A DNA stretch of 64,000 nucleotides from Schizosaccharomyces osmophilus (taxonomy: Eukaryota). Made by a program: the position numbers and the translations under genes. The stretch spans positions 62,001 through 126,000 of the forward strand of contig NC_079240.1 in NCBI RefSeq assembly GCF_027921745.1, in the 5' to 3' direction. The notes beneath the pieces were generated by a model, which ran no database searches, was not told the DNA's origin, and saw only the letters and a program-made list of their open reading frames with translations. Shown piece by piece: positions 10,122 through 23,285 of this stretch. Numbering within the stretch: the stretch's first letter is position 1; every line of letters begins with the position of its first letter.

Positions 10122-12715
10122 TTGTTTTGCACACATAATGATTTTTTTAATAATCTGATCTAGATTTCCATACTGGAAGAATTTACAAGGGAGCGTAAAA
10201 ATCTGGCGAGCTCTTGCTACTGTTTTTGTCGAATGCGAGTAGATTTAAGTGTGTTACACTTAAAGGTAATACTCTTGGTGCATGCAATATTCGCTGCATA
10301 ATGAGTATGCGCGAAAATTTTGAAACCCGGTTTCAGAGCATACAACATTGAGCAAAAAGGAAAAAAAAGATAAAATACGCTATAATTTTTTATCATAGAG
10401 TTATATTCATTTCACTAGCTATAGTTAAAAATTAGAAAACCGTTGAATGCAAAATTGTTATCTGAGCTTTTCTTGAGTTCTTTGTCTTCTTACATTTTTG
10501 TTTGCAATGTTTTCGTATTGTAAAGGTAGTGACTTTTATCTCCTGACACTCTTGAAAAATGAAAGTTTTGTTACCATGAGGCTATCCTGCTCAAGATAAC
10601 AGACACAGTCAGAGTATTGACCATTGAAAAAATTATTCAGCAGTAGTTCTATTCAGGGTATTCTATTGGTGATAGGTGCAAGCAGTTGTTAATAATGGGA
10701 GGATTTGGCAAATTTCGTCGTTTTACTAAAATGAGGATTTGTACATGCAAGTAAGATAAACCTTGCCTTGGAAGTACAAATTTTTTCAAAAATATTTTAA
10801 GACCCAAAATATCGTATTTCAATGATTCAATCGAATAGGTCATTTTCGCCGATTTCTCAAAAGATTTATTTTCAATCCTTAAATTTGCTCGTTTTAATAC
10901 CAAAATCTAGTCATTTCTTTCAAGCACGGTATTCAAATCCCCCCAAACGCTAACATTCCAAAAGCGGAATCATTGCTATGTTTATTTGCAACTAATATGT
11001 GCCATCTAAGCCTGTCTGTTTATTTCGTAAGAGAATATTTTGCCTTTGTTTTTCTGTTGCTTCCCGTCGTCTTAGTGGTTACATAAATATAATTGAAATG
11101 AACTTTGTTTAAAGATGTATTTTGTAGGTAGTCCTTAGATCTGACAGATTTTACAATAGCAAGAAAGTATATCCACCTTAAAGTAAATAAGTATGAACTT
11201 GGTTCATTAAGAACACTTACAGTCAACTATTGGGGTCAAGTTAAACTGTACAGCATTCGCAATGCATAAAGGAGTTTGAAAGATGTCGATCTTTGGCTTC
11301 CTGTTGCTACCGACCAAACAAAAACCTGCTTGCATCTTTTTAGTTTTTCTTTGGGTTTCAAAACTCAAGTAGAGGAATTCCAACCTAAAGCGAATAAGAT
11401 TGAGCAAATCGACAAGAACCCAAGTTCACACACCTAACCTACACAGAAATAATCGAGGTATGCGATAAGTATTGCAAGCTGTAAACATGAAAGCCAAGAG
11501 ACATAATTTCAGCTGAAACCTAAATACATACTTCTGTGCGCCGGCATCGTAACTGCATTCAATACTAGAAATATACCTTTCTTTCATACGCTGAAGCAAC
11601 TTCATCAGACAGAATAAAAAACACTTATACCATGAATGGAAGAGTTAAACCAACTTCCAGTCCTCGGCATCAAAAGAACAGAAATATGATTGCTCGTCAA
11701 TAAAAACGAAGATACAATACTTAAAAATAAACAAGGTGTGTTTTCTAAGCAATTTATACCGTATGCTTAAAAGGAGTTATACCTTTCAGACCCACTGAAC
11801 ATTTGTTAATATATCCTATTGATTACTTGTTCAAATGTTAATGAAAGACAAACGTACCACATTTGTTAACACAACACATCCACTTTTAACCAACGATTGC
11901 CACGCTTGAGTATATCCTTGTCAATCATTGTCTATGACTCGTTTCCTGAATTCATCTTAGCCTTTTCCCTTATGATGGAAAGTTTTTCTTATTCCCACTG
12001 GCAATAATGGCAGCGTCAGTAGTAGAACTTGTGTGAATTGCACGTATTCGCTTAAAGAAATACAACAATTCACTTTATTCTAGTAATAAAAAACGGAATG
12101 TTAGTATAAGCCAAAAATGAAGTTCTCGTTATTTGGGTTAACAAGATACACAGTACTACAAACGTACCTGAAGGCCTTGATGCGTACAACAATACCATCA
12201 AGAAAAAATAGTCTTTTGACATTTTCAACGATTCTACTCGCTGAAGACCCTATTTCGTACGCGGAATCTTGTAAGTATATCTTAAATAAAAAAGGACGTG
12301 AATTGTGCGAGTATAAGATCGGGAAATAAGGTTGAAGGTTTATTATATCTGTTTTGGGAATCAATAAAAGGATTTGGAACTAATTATTTCGGTGCTATCA
12401 CTTCTTTGAATTACTTTTACACTTTTTACTTGGTTTTGATGAATATCATAGTTTAGCTTTTGTCTGAATCTTTCATAACGGATATCCCGCAGAATTTGAA
12501 AGTTTTATAGAGTTTTCTCAGTGGGAAGTTTGTTTTTGGCTCGCGCCTTATTCTATTTCAAAGACGATTGTTCCTTGTTTTCGGTTTGCTTTTGTATCCG
12601 TCGGCCGCTTGTCATTTTGCTTAGGTGCCTTGGTTTTCGTACCTTCAAAACTGCGGTGCTTTTTTGGACCACATCAAGATTTACTTAAGTCTTACTATAG
12701 TTGCTTGTTTAAAGA

Positions 12716-15515
12716 ATGACAGAGTATATGGACATAGAGTCTTCGTCGACTTCTAACTCGAAACCCCAAAATCCTGCAGAGACAGCTGCAGATTCACTTC
12801 ATCCAAAAGAAAGTTTGGATTATTATATTTACGATTATTTTGTAAAACACAAGTTTCAAGAGACGGCTAAATCTTTTATAAAAGAATCAAAGGTACAGAT
12901 TCCATCGAATGGTGAACAAAATGCAACGGAAACTTCTTCCCAGGTTAATGAATACAACAGATATGACCAAAGTATTTTTGGTGCAGCCAATGGCAAATCT
13001 GAGCAATTGGATTCATTTGATATGAATATTCCCTCTAATACAAACCCAACTCCTGAATCACAAAAAGATGCTTCAATTGAAAATAAAAAATTATCTACGG
13101 CTTTGCCTGCCCCATCTGTTGCTATTGATATTCCTGAAGGCTTTCTAGTAGAATGGTTTAATATCTTTTGGGACGTTTTCAGTGCCCGTGTTAGTCGGGT
13201 TAATAGTTCTGCTCATTTGTACGATTCTCAATCCAGCAGATCGGTATATAGAGGTCATAGTCATACTGCTTCGACACCTGTCCCATCGACTGTGCCACAT
13301 ATGCGATCATCTAATGCCAACCCATTGAATTACGCTTCCTCTGAATCGAAAAATTCCGAAAGCAAACCGTATTTACCTTTTAGCTCAGCGGTACCGAAAT
13401 CGGATCCAGCGGCTATGGGAAACATTGCTAAACCGTACGTTCTTCCCTCAAGAGCTGTCCCTCTTTCTGGTCCTTCTTCTAACATGAGCTTTTCTGATAG
13501 ATCACAAAAATACGGATCTTTGCTTCCAGCTGGTACCGGGCCTAATCCTGCTATGCCTTACTCGCTAGGTGCACCTGCTCCCTCAGTTCCTCCCAATTAT
13601 TTAAATACTTCTATGCTATCAACTAGTCCTCCTCGCTCGTTTGATCCTAATAATCATCCTTATCCTGTAGGTCGTGGCATGAGCACAAACTCATCTAGAA
13701 ACGGATTTTATCCTCCCACACCAGCGCAAATTCATCAGCTAAAGTCCCAGCAAGAATACCTTCAACGCCAAAGTAAACAAATGTCCGAGCCAGCGGCGAA
13801 TTTTAATCAGAATGCTCTTAAAGATCCTCAGATGCCGTCAAATGAGCAACCGGCCATGAATCCTGCATCTGGTATTGGTAAAAAAAAAATAACTGATCCT
13901 AAGGCTTTGTACAGTGCTAACATAGCAGTTAACCCTACTGCAAGAAACTCCGCCTCTCCCATAATTACTCAAGCATCTTCCGGGATGGGTGGCGGTTCAT
14001 CTCCGTTTTACGCGTATCAAAGTAATACGAGAGAGACCGCTTCAGTGCCTGCCATAAAGCCTTCCCCGAATATAATGATACAACCTCGTTACCCTGCAAG
14101 CTCTGAAGCTTTGGCCAATGATATGCAAAAGTACCGTGTTCAAAATAGCGTTGAAGGTATGCCTCCTCATATGCCGCAAAGTCCAGCTACTATGAATGGT
14201 AAATATGGGACGAATCCAGCTATGGGTAATCGACTCCCTCCTTATGTGCCCAATTATTATAGGGGACAACTCCCGATGTCTAGTCCCCATCCTCCAATGT
14301 ATGAAGCAAACACCGCTGGCCAAGGCCCGATGGAGTATACAAAAGCAAGGGAACTCGCAATGAGAAGAGGGCAGACACCGAATATGGCTACTCTTCCAAA
14401 GGATGCTGCAGTGCCTGGTGAAGCTAATAATGTAAATCTTGGGAATCCTTTAACAGATTACCATATGCAATTGATGATATTAGAAGAGCAAAACAAAAAG
14501 AGATTATTGATGGCCCGACAGGAAGGCGAAAGAGAATTTCTTTCCCCACAAACACATGAGCGCTTTGATCACGAGATAAAGAATAGTCAACTTAAGCCAA
14601 CAACTGATAGATCATCACATCTTCACCCCAAATCTAGTGGAGGAATGAATACTCAAGTTAAAGGATCTGATGTGAGCACGACAGGATTTATACCACCGAA
14701 TCAAAAGCAACCGGGTCTCCCAGTTCAGCATTCATTTATGAATGTTCCACCGAATGAGCAATGTAAGTGTTTGAAACAAGTGATTGAAATCTAACTTATA
14801 TGTAGCGAATATCATAATGTCTCAATATTTGAATCGTACGAAGCAGCCTGAGACGCCCTTAGATGCTCCAGATTTTAGAGATGCAAATATGACAAAAAAG
14901 GTCACTCCAACGAGTACGGCATCAATGAATGAACAGGATAGAATGGCTTCAGATATACCTGAAAAATCAAATTCCTGGCATGTGCAGAATAGCGAGAACA
15001 CCGCATTGGATGCAAAAGAAATCTCAAAGTATCAGCCACCATTTACTCAGTCTTCCCAGCCAGAGTTGCCTTGCGGTACTTCAGCTGATGGCAATCAAAA
15101 CCCTGACTCACAGGCATTTCTTGAACCGATTAGAGATAATCAAAGCATCCAAAAAGGTACAATGCGAGATTCTGATATAGCATCAAGTGAGTATCCTTCT
15201 ATGAGTAATTCTGTTCACCAAGTTTCGATGACTTCAGAAGGAACTCAGCAAAATGGAGCAGCTTCTTCAGAAGGAGGAATGAATACTCACAAAAATCTTC
15301 AGAACAGCGAGCGCATAGAGGAGAGTACGCCTGGAGAGGCCAATGCAGGTAAAGATGCCGAAAATGGGACTGAGGATGGGCAATATAATGAATCTGCGGT
15401 TAATACGTTTAATTATGCATCAAAAAATGATTCTAATGCTGAATTATTAAATGATTTTGACTTTGAAAGTTTTTTGAATGATGCCGGTGATGACTCTACA
15501 CAGGTTTTCTACTAA
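12716..15515 (+). CDS. adn3: LisH-domain transcription regulator, adhesion defective protein (Flo8/Mss11-like); 2 exons
   Basis: LisH motif (LDYYIYDYFVKHKFQETAKSF), GFLVEWFNIFWDVF, DYHMQLMILEEQNKKRL, C-terminal DFDFESFL. Intron 14763..14805 (GTAAGT..CTAAC..TAG) joins the two ORFs in frame. Confidence 0.88.
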
Positions 15516-16061
15516 AATCCATAGAAAGGGGTTTCGTCTAAATAAAGAGATTATTTCTTATTTTTTATGGTTGACGGCATTGTTTACGTTGAGAATGACT
15601 GTTGAAAATATTTTATAAATTTGTATAGTGTATATTATTTAATCTCATCTAAATTTTTCAAGAGAAAAATGTCGTTTTAATAGTTTCACAAATGATCATT
15701 CTTGAACCGCGGATGATTATTTGCTCAGTTTTCTATCCTTTCGCTTAGTTTTAGGCAGTTATGGTTCTAAAATTGTTTTGAGTACATTTTTAAAAAGCAT
15801 GTTAGATGAGATTGCCTCAGTTATAAGGAAAAATAAACATTTATCTGTAAGCTAGAAAAGCAAATCAAGTGGGGAATTTAAGTCTTGCTTTAAAAAAGGG
15901 GAGATGATGATGATTATAAGAGTTATCCTTGCTCATTAGCCAGATCTTATAATAACTTTTTCTTACACAACGGCTAAATCGCTGTATTCAAGAGAAGGGA
16001 TTCAATCAATAGTCATAAAAACACAGCAAGTAAGGACAATAAAAAATCTTAGCATGATTCT

Positions 16062-16364
16062 CTAATTATCCTGCTTGGTTAACTTGGAGTCGATTTCAGT
16101 CTCCAGCTTATTAAGGTTCTCGCGGTGGGATTTTAACTGCTCTTTCAGTTTTTTGAGCTGGTCAAGTTCAAGCTCGTGAATAAATTGGTTCTCTTTGGCC
16201 TTTCCGCGCTTGGAAAAAGGAGGCTCTCTAGCAGAGGTTGCGTTGCTCAAGGTGGGATCTGTGGAGTCTCCGTCACTATTATTGCTGGCCATGGTTCTAA
16301 CTCCTAAAGTTCTTCCTTGAGAGATTTGAGGAACAAATGAGCGACGAAGAATAAGTCTGTACAT
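16062..16364 (-). CDS. inh1: Mitochondrial F1Fo ATPase inhibitor (IATP family)
   Basis: Arg-rich presequence MYRLILRRSF, FSKRGKAKENQFIHELE motif and coiled coil; ATG at 16364. Confidence 0.85.
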   Translation of the reverse strand: MYRLILRRSFVPQISQGRTLGVRTMASNNSDGDSTDPTLSNATSAREPPFSKRGKAKENQFIHELELDQLKKLKEQLKSHRENLNKLETEIDSKLTKQDN

Positions 16365-17509
16365 ACTGCAAATTGAACTTGTTGGCTGTATGAAGTAAAA
16401 TGAGATGGGTGAAAGTTGAGTTGCTTTGGGAGCGGGATGCCAATGTGAAAGAACATACGTAAGTGAACTAGCATTACTATGATATTCTCTTAATATCATA
16501 TTTTGCTTTTGAAGAAGAAAACAAAACGAGAAAGCCTTAATCAGTTATTTCTTTCATCTCTTGAGCGAGTACGCCTTTCAAAGAAGCCTTTTGATCATCA
16601 CACTTGTGAGTGCCTCTAATTTCAATAAAGGCCATACATCATCATCTGGGTGAATTTGTAGGGCAAATATAGAAAACATTGGGTAACCATCCTAAAGGAT
16701 TTGCCCCATTCTAAGGGTAAACATTGATTTTTTGGATGTTTATTTACAAACACAAAAGTCCATATAGGAATGGTTGAATCATTTGTGCTTGTAGGAAAGG
16801 TCAGTTGTTTTAGAAATTACAAATGAATTCATTTAGTCAAGATTACAAGAACTCTACAACTGATATGTTTATTTTTTATGTCAGTAGCACACTAAAAAAA
16901 AGCTTACAGAACAAGAAAAGAGACCATGAAAAGCACTTGAAAGAAAGCGAGATGAACAACTTGGGTTGGATTACAACAAGAACGTCGTTTCCAGTTTTAT
17001 TCGCATCTAAAAGATTTCTAATTCCACACACACACACACAAATATTGAGCTTCACTACTCACTGTCTAAATAAAAATCATCACCTACCGAAAGCCTATAA
17101 AGTGTTCGTAAATGATGCTTAGCATTCTGGAGTAGGTTTTCCTTATACCTTGTCCTTCAAACGAGAGGCGACCATTACGACTTGCATTTCCAAATACAAT
17201 TGATGTAATACAAAATTAGCTCTTTCAGTATCATTGCTTAACAGCACCTTAAATCATATATCGATTCAGAAAGAGTTACTGGATTTCATGAAGTACATCG
17301 AGTAGGAAAAGTGTTGCATTGAACACATCACTGGAGTGCTCAAATATCGATGGGAATATAAGCTCGCAAAAAAAAAAAAGCAAAAGTATCAATTGACACA
17401 GTTTTTACATTTTGCATTTATACGTTATTTGTCTGAGCTGCGAAAAAGTTTCAATAGACTACAGCAACATCATTTAAGAAAAGGATCTTCCATTGAACAC
17501 ATTTAAACA

Positions 17510-18163
17510 ATGTCTGCTGAAAAGGTAGAAATAGAAGATTATAAGAGGGTTGCTACCGTTTTGGCCGAAGCATTTTATCACGATCCAGTACATCTTTACT
17601 TTGCTGGACCCGAAAACGGGGAACAGTATGCCAAATTAATACAAGATTGCTTTGAATACATTGCTTATGCCGCCTTAATGCGTGGCCATGTTTATCAGGT
17701 GGATGACTTTTCCGGCGTTGCTTTATGGACTGGACCAGGTGAAAGAATTGATGATTGGTATACCGTTTTTAAAAGTGGTTTATGGAGATTGACCTACAAG
17801 TTGGGTGCCGAAAATCGCCGTCGTTTCTTCAAAGAACTGATCCCATTACACAACAGGGTGATGCCAGAAGCCATGGCAGGTCGAACCCATAATTTTTGGT
17901 ACCTTATGTTTGTCGGCGTAAAAGAAAACAGTCGAGGAAAGGGATATCTTCGGAGACTCATTCAACCAGTATTAGAGATTGCCGATCAAAGTAATCTTCC
18001 CTGCTATCTCGAATCGACTCATCCCAATAATCGTCCAAGATACGAGCATTTTGGCTTCAACGTCGTCCAATCCGTTCATATAAAGGATGGCCTTAACAGC
18101 ATCCCCATTGATGTTATGGTTCGAGAGCCAGATAGTTTTTATGGTTCAGGACAGGCGAGCTAA
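17510..18163 (+). CDS. GNAT-family N-acetyltransferase
   Basis: LAEAFYHDP, GVALW, WYLMFVGV..SRGKGY (motif A), CYLEST..N..RYEHFGF; intronless. Confidence 0.9.
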   Translation: MSAEKVEIEDYKRVATVLAEAFYHDPVHLYFAGPENGEQYAKLIQDCFEYIAYAALMRGHVYQVDDFSGVALWTGPGERIDDWYTVFKSGLWRLTYKLGAENRRRFFKELIPLHNRVMPEAMAGRTHNFWYLMFVGVKENSRGKGYLRRLIQPVLEIADQSNLPCYLESTHPNNRPRYEHFGFNVVQSVHIKDGLNSIPIDVMVREPDSFYGSGQAS

Positions 18164-18241
18164 GTTGAAAAATTTGGCGACTTTTATGATATTGAGATCT
18201 GGTTTGTCTTCATCTCATCCAAATATTTATATCCACATTAG

Positions 18242-18245
<4 letters not shown>

Positions 18246-18279
<34 letters not shown>
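18246..18279 (+). repeat. 34-nt poly(A) tract
   Basis: Uninterrupted A run about 80 nt after the GNAT stop codon. Confidence 0.95.
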
Positions 18280-18283
<4 letters not shown>

Positions 18284-18726
18284 ACAACTTCTTTTGTTCA
18301 TAGCTCTGTCTGAGCAGCTTGGCACAGAGTTGGATGGATACAAAAGGATCTAATATCTCGCATGCGTTGTAGAATTTCACAGAAGGGGGAACCTTTTATT
18401 ATTCAAAAATTGGCTAAATTTGGAAACTTCAGTTTTAGGGGAAAAAATATCGTTACATTAGATTGTTTATTGAAAGCAAATGAAGACTCATTTGTATAGT
18501 TGAAGAATGCAAAATGACATTTTTTAGGAAATATCTAAAGAATTGAGAAAGGAAAGGTATATATAGTTTATCATATCTCTTTTTTTTTTAAAAAAAAAAA
18601 AAAGAAATCAATCGGATACCAAGGACAGTATCGTGGAATTTAAACGGAAAGATTAGGGAAAAGGTTACACGGATTTCTTAGAAAGGAAGAATGACAATAA
18701 GGGACGGGTTGGCTTTATAAAAGATA

Positions 18727-20211
18727 TTAAAAATGTAAGCGTCTTCTCATCTCTTGACGGTAATAAGCTCTTTCGTCTGTCGATCGCTCGAGAGCGCCAA
18801 TGTTTTCACGAGCACGTCGAACCAAATAAGGAAGTACTTGATAGATAGGTCCCCAAGAGACATACTTGGCAATATGGAATTCAGGGACTTCAGATCTTGG
18901 GTAAGCTGTAAGTGCATAAGTAATATCATCCGACATTCCCAACAATTGAGCTAAATACAAAGAGGTCTTGCTGGTGTTAATCTTCTTTTTCTCCAAGAGG
19001 TCCAAGACTTTGCAAATAGAAGACTTGTTGTGGGTAGCAATCATAATACCCCATTTACCTTGGCGTGATTTCGAAGGAATTAAAGAAGCCTTGTTGTTCC
19101 CAGGAGCTGCTCTAGAAGCGCCTAAAAACAAAGACTCCATAGCAGCATCATAATCGCGGTCGGTGTCCTCTTTCTTGTCATGGATCAAATGACGGGGTTC
19201 TGAATTAATGTAGGCACCTCGTACAATCTTTGCACCCATCAACCAATTTTCGAGAGCGCTCTGTCTCATATGCTCGTTCAAGACTCCTCTGGTCTTTTTC
19301 AGGTAAAGTTGATAAGTGTTATGCACGATGGCTTCTTGCTGGTTGAATTTCTTCATCAAGTCCAAAGAAATGGAATGGATGGTATCTTGGAAGTAAGTTT
19401 GTTCGGCATCAATGAATAAAAGAACACCCTTTTGTTGGGCATATTCGCAAAGTTTTTCAGAAAAGGACCAGAAGCGCTGGAGCTCATCCTGTTCATAGGA
19501 AGAAAACGAAGGGCTACCGTTCAACACCTCGGAAAAGTTAGCAGCAGGTTGGTTGGCAGAATTATTCAAGATAGCATTGAAGCGGAACAAGACTAGGGGG
19601 TTAATGAATGGGGTTAACTTGATAGCACAAGAAGAGTTTTCGATCTTGGAGGCCAAGTCGATACTGTACAGATAAGAGTCGAAAGCTTCTTGGGCAATAT
19701 TTTGCATTTTTTGCTGAACGTCTGGAGCAGGGATGTTGATGTTTTGGGGGACCGAATTGACTGTGGAAGCAAATTGACGAGGATCAATGTCGCTAGGAAG
19801 ATCGATTTCACGAGAAGAATTGAGGCAAGGAGTGATTCCAGAAGCTTGAAGCGATTGCATGTTTTGAATGAGAGCAGTGGGAGTTTCACCTCCGCAGAAA
19901 TGACGGTAAAAAGTACGACGGCAAAAAGGGGCATAGAGAAACGAAAGATGAAGGGTATCGCATAGAGTCATGGCGGAAATTGAGGTCTTTACCAACCAAC
20001 CTCGAGAACAAATTTCGTAGACAAAGAGACCACGGGCGAGATCACCGAGCGAACGATGACTCAATTCTTTAGAGAATCCTTTTTTAAAGAAGGAAGCGTC
20101 TGGCTCATTGGTCAAACCCATGCTATTCAAAGAGATGGCAGCACCAGCACCGAGTCCCATAAGAAGTTTGCCATGGCGAAGGATTCCTGGTCGCAAGCGA
20201 AAGAAGTGCAT
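18727..20211 (-). CDS. put1: Proline dehydrogenase
   Basis: HFCGGET, IDAEQTYFQ, NTYQLYLK, KIVRGAY, ATHN, AQLLGMSD and YLVRRAREN motifs. Confidence 0.95.
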   Translation of the reverse strand: MHFFRLRPGILRHGKLLMGLGAGAAISLNSMGLTNEPDASFFKKGFSKELSHRSLGDLARGLFVYEICSRGWLVKTSISAMTLCDTLHLSFLYAPFCRRTFYRHFCGGETPTALIQNMQSLQASGITPCLNSSREIDLPSDIDPRQFASTVNSVPQNINIPAPDVQQKMQNIAQEAFDSYLYSIDLASKIENSSCAIKLTPFINPLVLFRFNAILNNSANQPAANFSEVLNGSPSFSSYEQDELQRFWSFSEKLCEYAQQKGVLLFIDAEQTYFQDTIHSISLDLMKKFNQQEAIVHNTYQLYLKKTRGVLNEHMRQSALENWLMGAKIVRGAYINSEPRHLIHDKKEDTDRDYDAAMESLFLGASRAAPGNNKASLIPSKSRQGKWGIMIATHNKSSICKVLDLLEKKKINTSKTSLYLAQLLGMSDDITYALTAYPRSEVPEFHIAKYVSWGPIYQVLPYLVRRARENIGALERSTDERAYYRQEMRRRLHF

Positions 20212-21334
20212 TTGTTTGCTGGAAATTAAAGTGGAGGTGATAAATATATAGTCAAAAATGAAAAGAAAGCAAACAATTCCTTCGTAATTGAACTAAACAA
20301 CGTGCAAAAAAAAGAAGCAAATCCTCGTTTCGTCCAAAAGTTTTGTTTATCTTTCCTCGTTTTGTTTTTTTAACTGTCTTTTCTCAAAAAAAAAAAAGGA
20401 AAATAGAATAACTATTACTAGATATTATTGATGATTATTAAAAAGGGGTATTGTTTTTATAAAGCAATGATCCCTATGTCAATCCAACACTAGACAGTAG
20501 TAGTAAATAGGAAGCCAGAAGGGAACACTTGGATCAGTAAATACAGAAAGAAAGAGTTCGTATATGGCTGTTGAAAGAACCTATTTTTGTAGTATCGTTT
20601 TTTGGGATCCAACAAGAACAACGATCAGGACTAAAGTAGAAAAAAGAATCAATAGAATAAAAGGGAAAATGAAAACAAAGAGACAAAAAAAACCCCCAAC
20701 CAATGATAGCGAAAAACTCAACCGAGGACCTTTGCAATATATACCTTTTCCTCTTTCACGTAAATACTGATGACCCGTTAGATTGATAAAAACTATCAGG
20801 AACGAAGCTCATTATCAGTATGTAATGTGTCGGATCCTCGTTATTAAGTACCTTAAGCAACGAGACTGATTAATAAAATAGTACTTAGTAGAAGACCGTA
20901 CATTTGTTTCACATGCCTTACGTGGCTGGAATGGAGAATAACAAAGAAAATTTGTTTTGTTTTGTTTTGCTTTGCTTTGCTTTGTGTTTCAACATGGAGG
21001 AGGATGACGATGAATGATTGAAAGAAGAGGGTCGGTCTACTTTGGTTCCCTTTTCTTGTTTTGTCTGTGTGTTATCGTATTTGTAGAGATCATTAAAATT
21101 GCGATTATCCGGGTGAGTAGATAAGTTGTTTGGTGCGGAAAGAGAACTCCTTCCTACTCTGACAAAAAGTATAGACATGTTAGTGATAGAAGAAATGATT
21201 ATGTTTAGAAAGAATTGCAAAAGAAACGAAAATAAAAGAAGTCTGCAAGAATGGAACGAAACATTAGGTTGTTTTCTGAAGGAGGAAATGAAATGATGCT
21301 CAATATGTTTTTTTAAATATATAAACCAACAATT

Positions 21335-21413
21335 GGAAGAGTGTCCGAGTGGTTATGGAGCTAGTTTAAGGCACTAGTGCGAAAGCTCGTGGGTTCGAGT
21401 CCCACCTCTTTCA
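21335..21413 (+). tRNA. tRNA-Leu(AAG)
   Basis: Acceptor stem GGAAGAG/CTCTTTC+A; anticodon stem CTAGT/ACTAG with loop TTAAGGC; variable arm; T-loop GGTTCGAGTCC; T-run terminator downstream. Confidence 0.95.
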
Positions 21414-22146
21414 TTACCTTTTTCATTTTTGTAGTTTCGGTAATTCCAACAATTCAAAGTTTGTTTTCGTAGAGTGAAATTGAGTGTTAAACTATTCGTA
21501 AAAACTAGTAGCAAGGCAATCAAATCGTCCAACAAGGAAAATCGGATTCATGTCAAATAGAGGGTAGAGACATAGATTCTATGGTTTGTTTCTTCTTTTC
21601 TTCTCTGGACAATTGATAGGTCTCTTTTGTTTGAGTAGGACACTAGCTTGTATGAGGAAAAGTCGCTCGAGTCACGATTTGAGCCAAATTCCCCAAACAA
21701 GGCATTGCTGTATGCTGGTGTCAATTGCATAGAGACATGGACTCTGGGATGATAACTGATGTTCACAGAATCCTCTTGAATAAGGCAAGATAAAAAGGAC
21801 GTCGTCTTCGTTTCTTTAAAAACCATTGCGTATCGAAAAACTCGCTCCATTCATTGGCCATTCCTGTCAAGTATCCTTCATATAGCTACCTAGTCACATA
21901 CGTGTCTGAATTGCTTAACAAAGCGCACTCATGAAAAGAGTGTTTGGACGATCGTGCAAACACAGTTTGCCAACAGTTTGAGTATAGCGCTCTTTGGAGT
22001 TTCTTCTCAACCGAACCCCAAAGTTTTTCTCTTATTTACAATGTTTTTCTTGGTGTTCTGTTCAGTGAAAATGTGCTAGCAACTCTTTCTTAGTCGTATG
22101 TACCTCTGGAGGAATGATATTACATACTACTTCACGTTCTGGAATC

Positions 22147-22691
22147 ATGAACGATTTGACGGAAAGTCAGTTAAATAACCTTCGAGATTATTTGGATGAA
22201 CAATTATTAAATGTTTCTCAAAAGTTTCAAAAAAAGTAGGACCATGTCATGCTCAAAAGCTCTTCTCAACAACCGATTCCCATTGAACCATAGCTAATTG
22301 AATTTCCAGATTCCTTCCAGGAGGCTTTCAATCACTGGATGATTTAATTCGTGATATTGAGCCGTATTTTCGAGTGCTGGCAGCCATGCCTATGCAAAGA
22401 GACTCTTTTTTGGCCGTCAACGCTACTCTACGAGGGTTGGACTTCTTTGTTGATTCGATTGTTGCTTTTCCCCCAGCACCTGAACCCATGTTTCAAGCTT
22501 TGTCGCTTTTGGATAGCTTGTGTCTCAAACTCGTTCAGCATGGAAATATTTCTACTACAGATACAATCCGTTTAAAAAGTCTTATGGAGAATTCGCGTAT
22601 GGTGGTAATTTCCAAACTTGGCGAGGTTCAAGGATTCGAACTTGAATGCTCTTCTGTTTTTGAAAGAACCCTCAATGATATTGACTTTTGA
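22147..22691 (+). CDS. tfb6: TFIIH subunit Tfb6-like protein; 2 exons
   Basis: Exon 1 encodes MNDLTESQLNNLRDYLDEQLLNVSQKFQK. Intron 22236..22309 (GTAGGA..CTAAT..CAG) leads in frame to KFLPGGFQSLDDLIRDIEPYF and the 22374 ORF. An alternative in-frame ATG lies at 22114. Confidence 0.75.
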
Positions 22692-23285
22692 GGTGTCACA
22701 AACGGCGACTACAAATTTTGTGAACTCGTCTATCGGAAAAAGGAAGAAAAACAAAATACGTTTTAAATTTCTCCAATCATGACTCAATGTTTTCTTTTCA
22801 TTCATAAACGTATCGCTATCGGAATTTTTGTGCATCGATCACTGAACGTATCTCATCAAAGACCAACTCAGCCTTTTCTTTCATTCTTCCGTTCTTTTAA
22901 ATGGACAAGTAATATTAGCCTCTTCTCTAAGAACATACGAATTAATATGTAGGACGCTCTGCTTTTTTTTTTCTTTTTTTCATCAATTTGTTTAACTTTT
23001 ATTTACGCTTTTATGTTACCCACCCGCTATTGTTACTTATGATGGAAATTGCCCAGCGTCATCTTGGTTTCATTTTTTGTTCCCTGAACAAACCGAAAAG
23101 AACAAGTTCAATTGCTGACTGATCCGTTTTCTATATTTTGTTTGAAATCTGTTATTTTCTACTTCTATTTTTCATATTTAAAGCAAAAGAAAATTAGCTT
23201 TCGTGTTTGTTTACATTGAAGGGGATACACCTAACGAATTCGATTGCTTCTACGATCAAGTAAGCATTCTGCTTACAAAAGCTCT

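Noticed and set aside
20950..20990. (TTTTG)/(TTTGC) simple repeats, plus the A/G-rich runs near 45080-45150
   Set aside because: Ordinary low-complexity promoter sequence.
21548..21850. 100-aa minus-strand ORF next to the tRNA
   Set aside because: No recognisable motif or splice support; cannot be called a gene from sequence alone.
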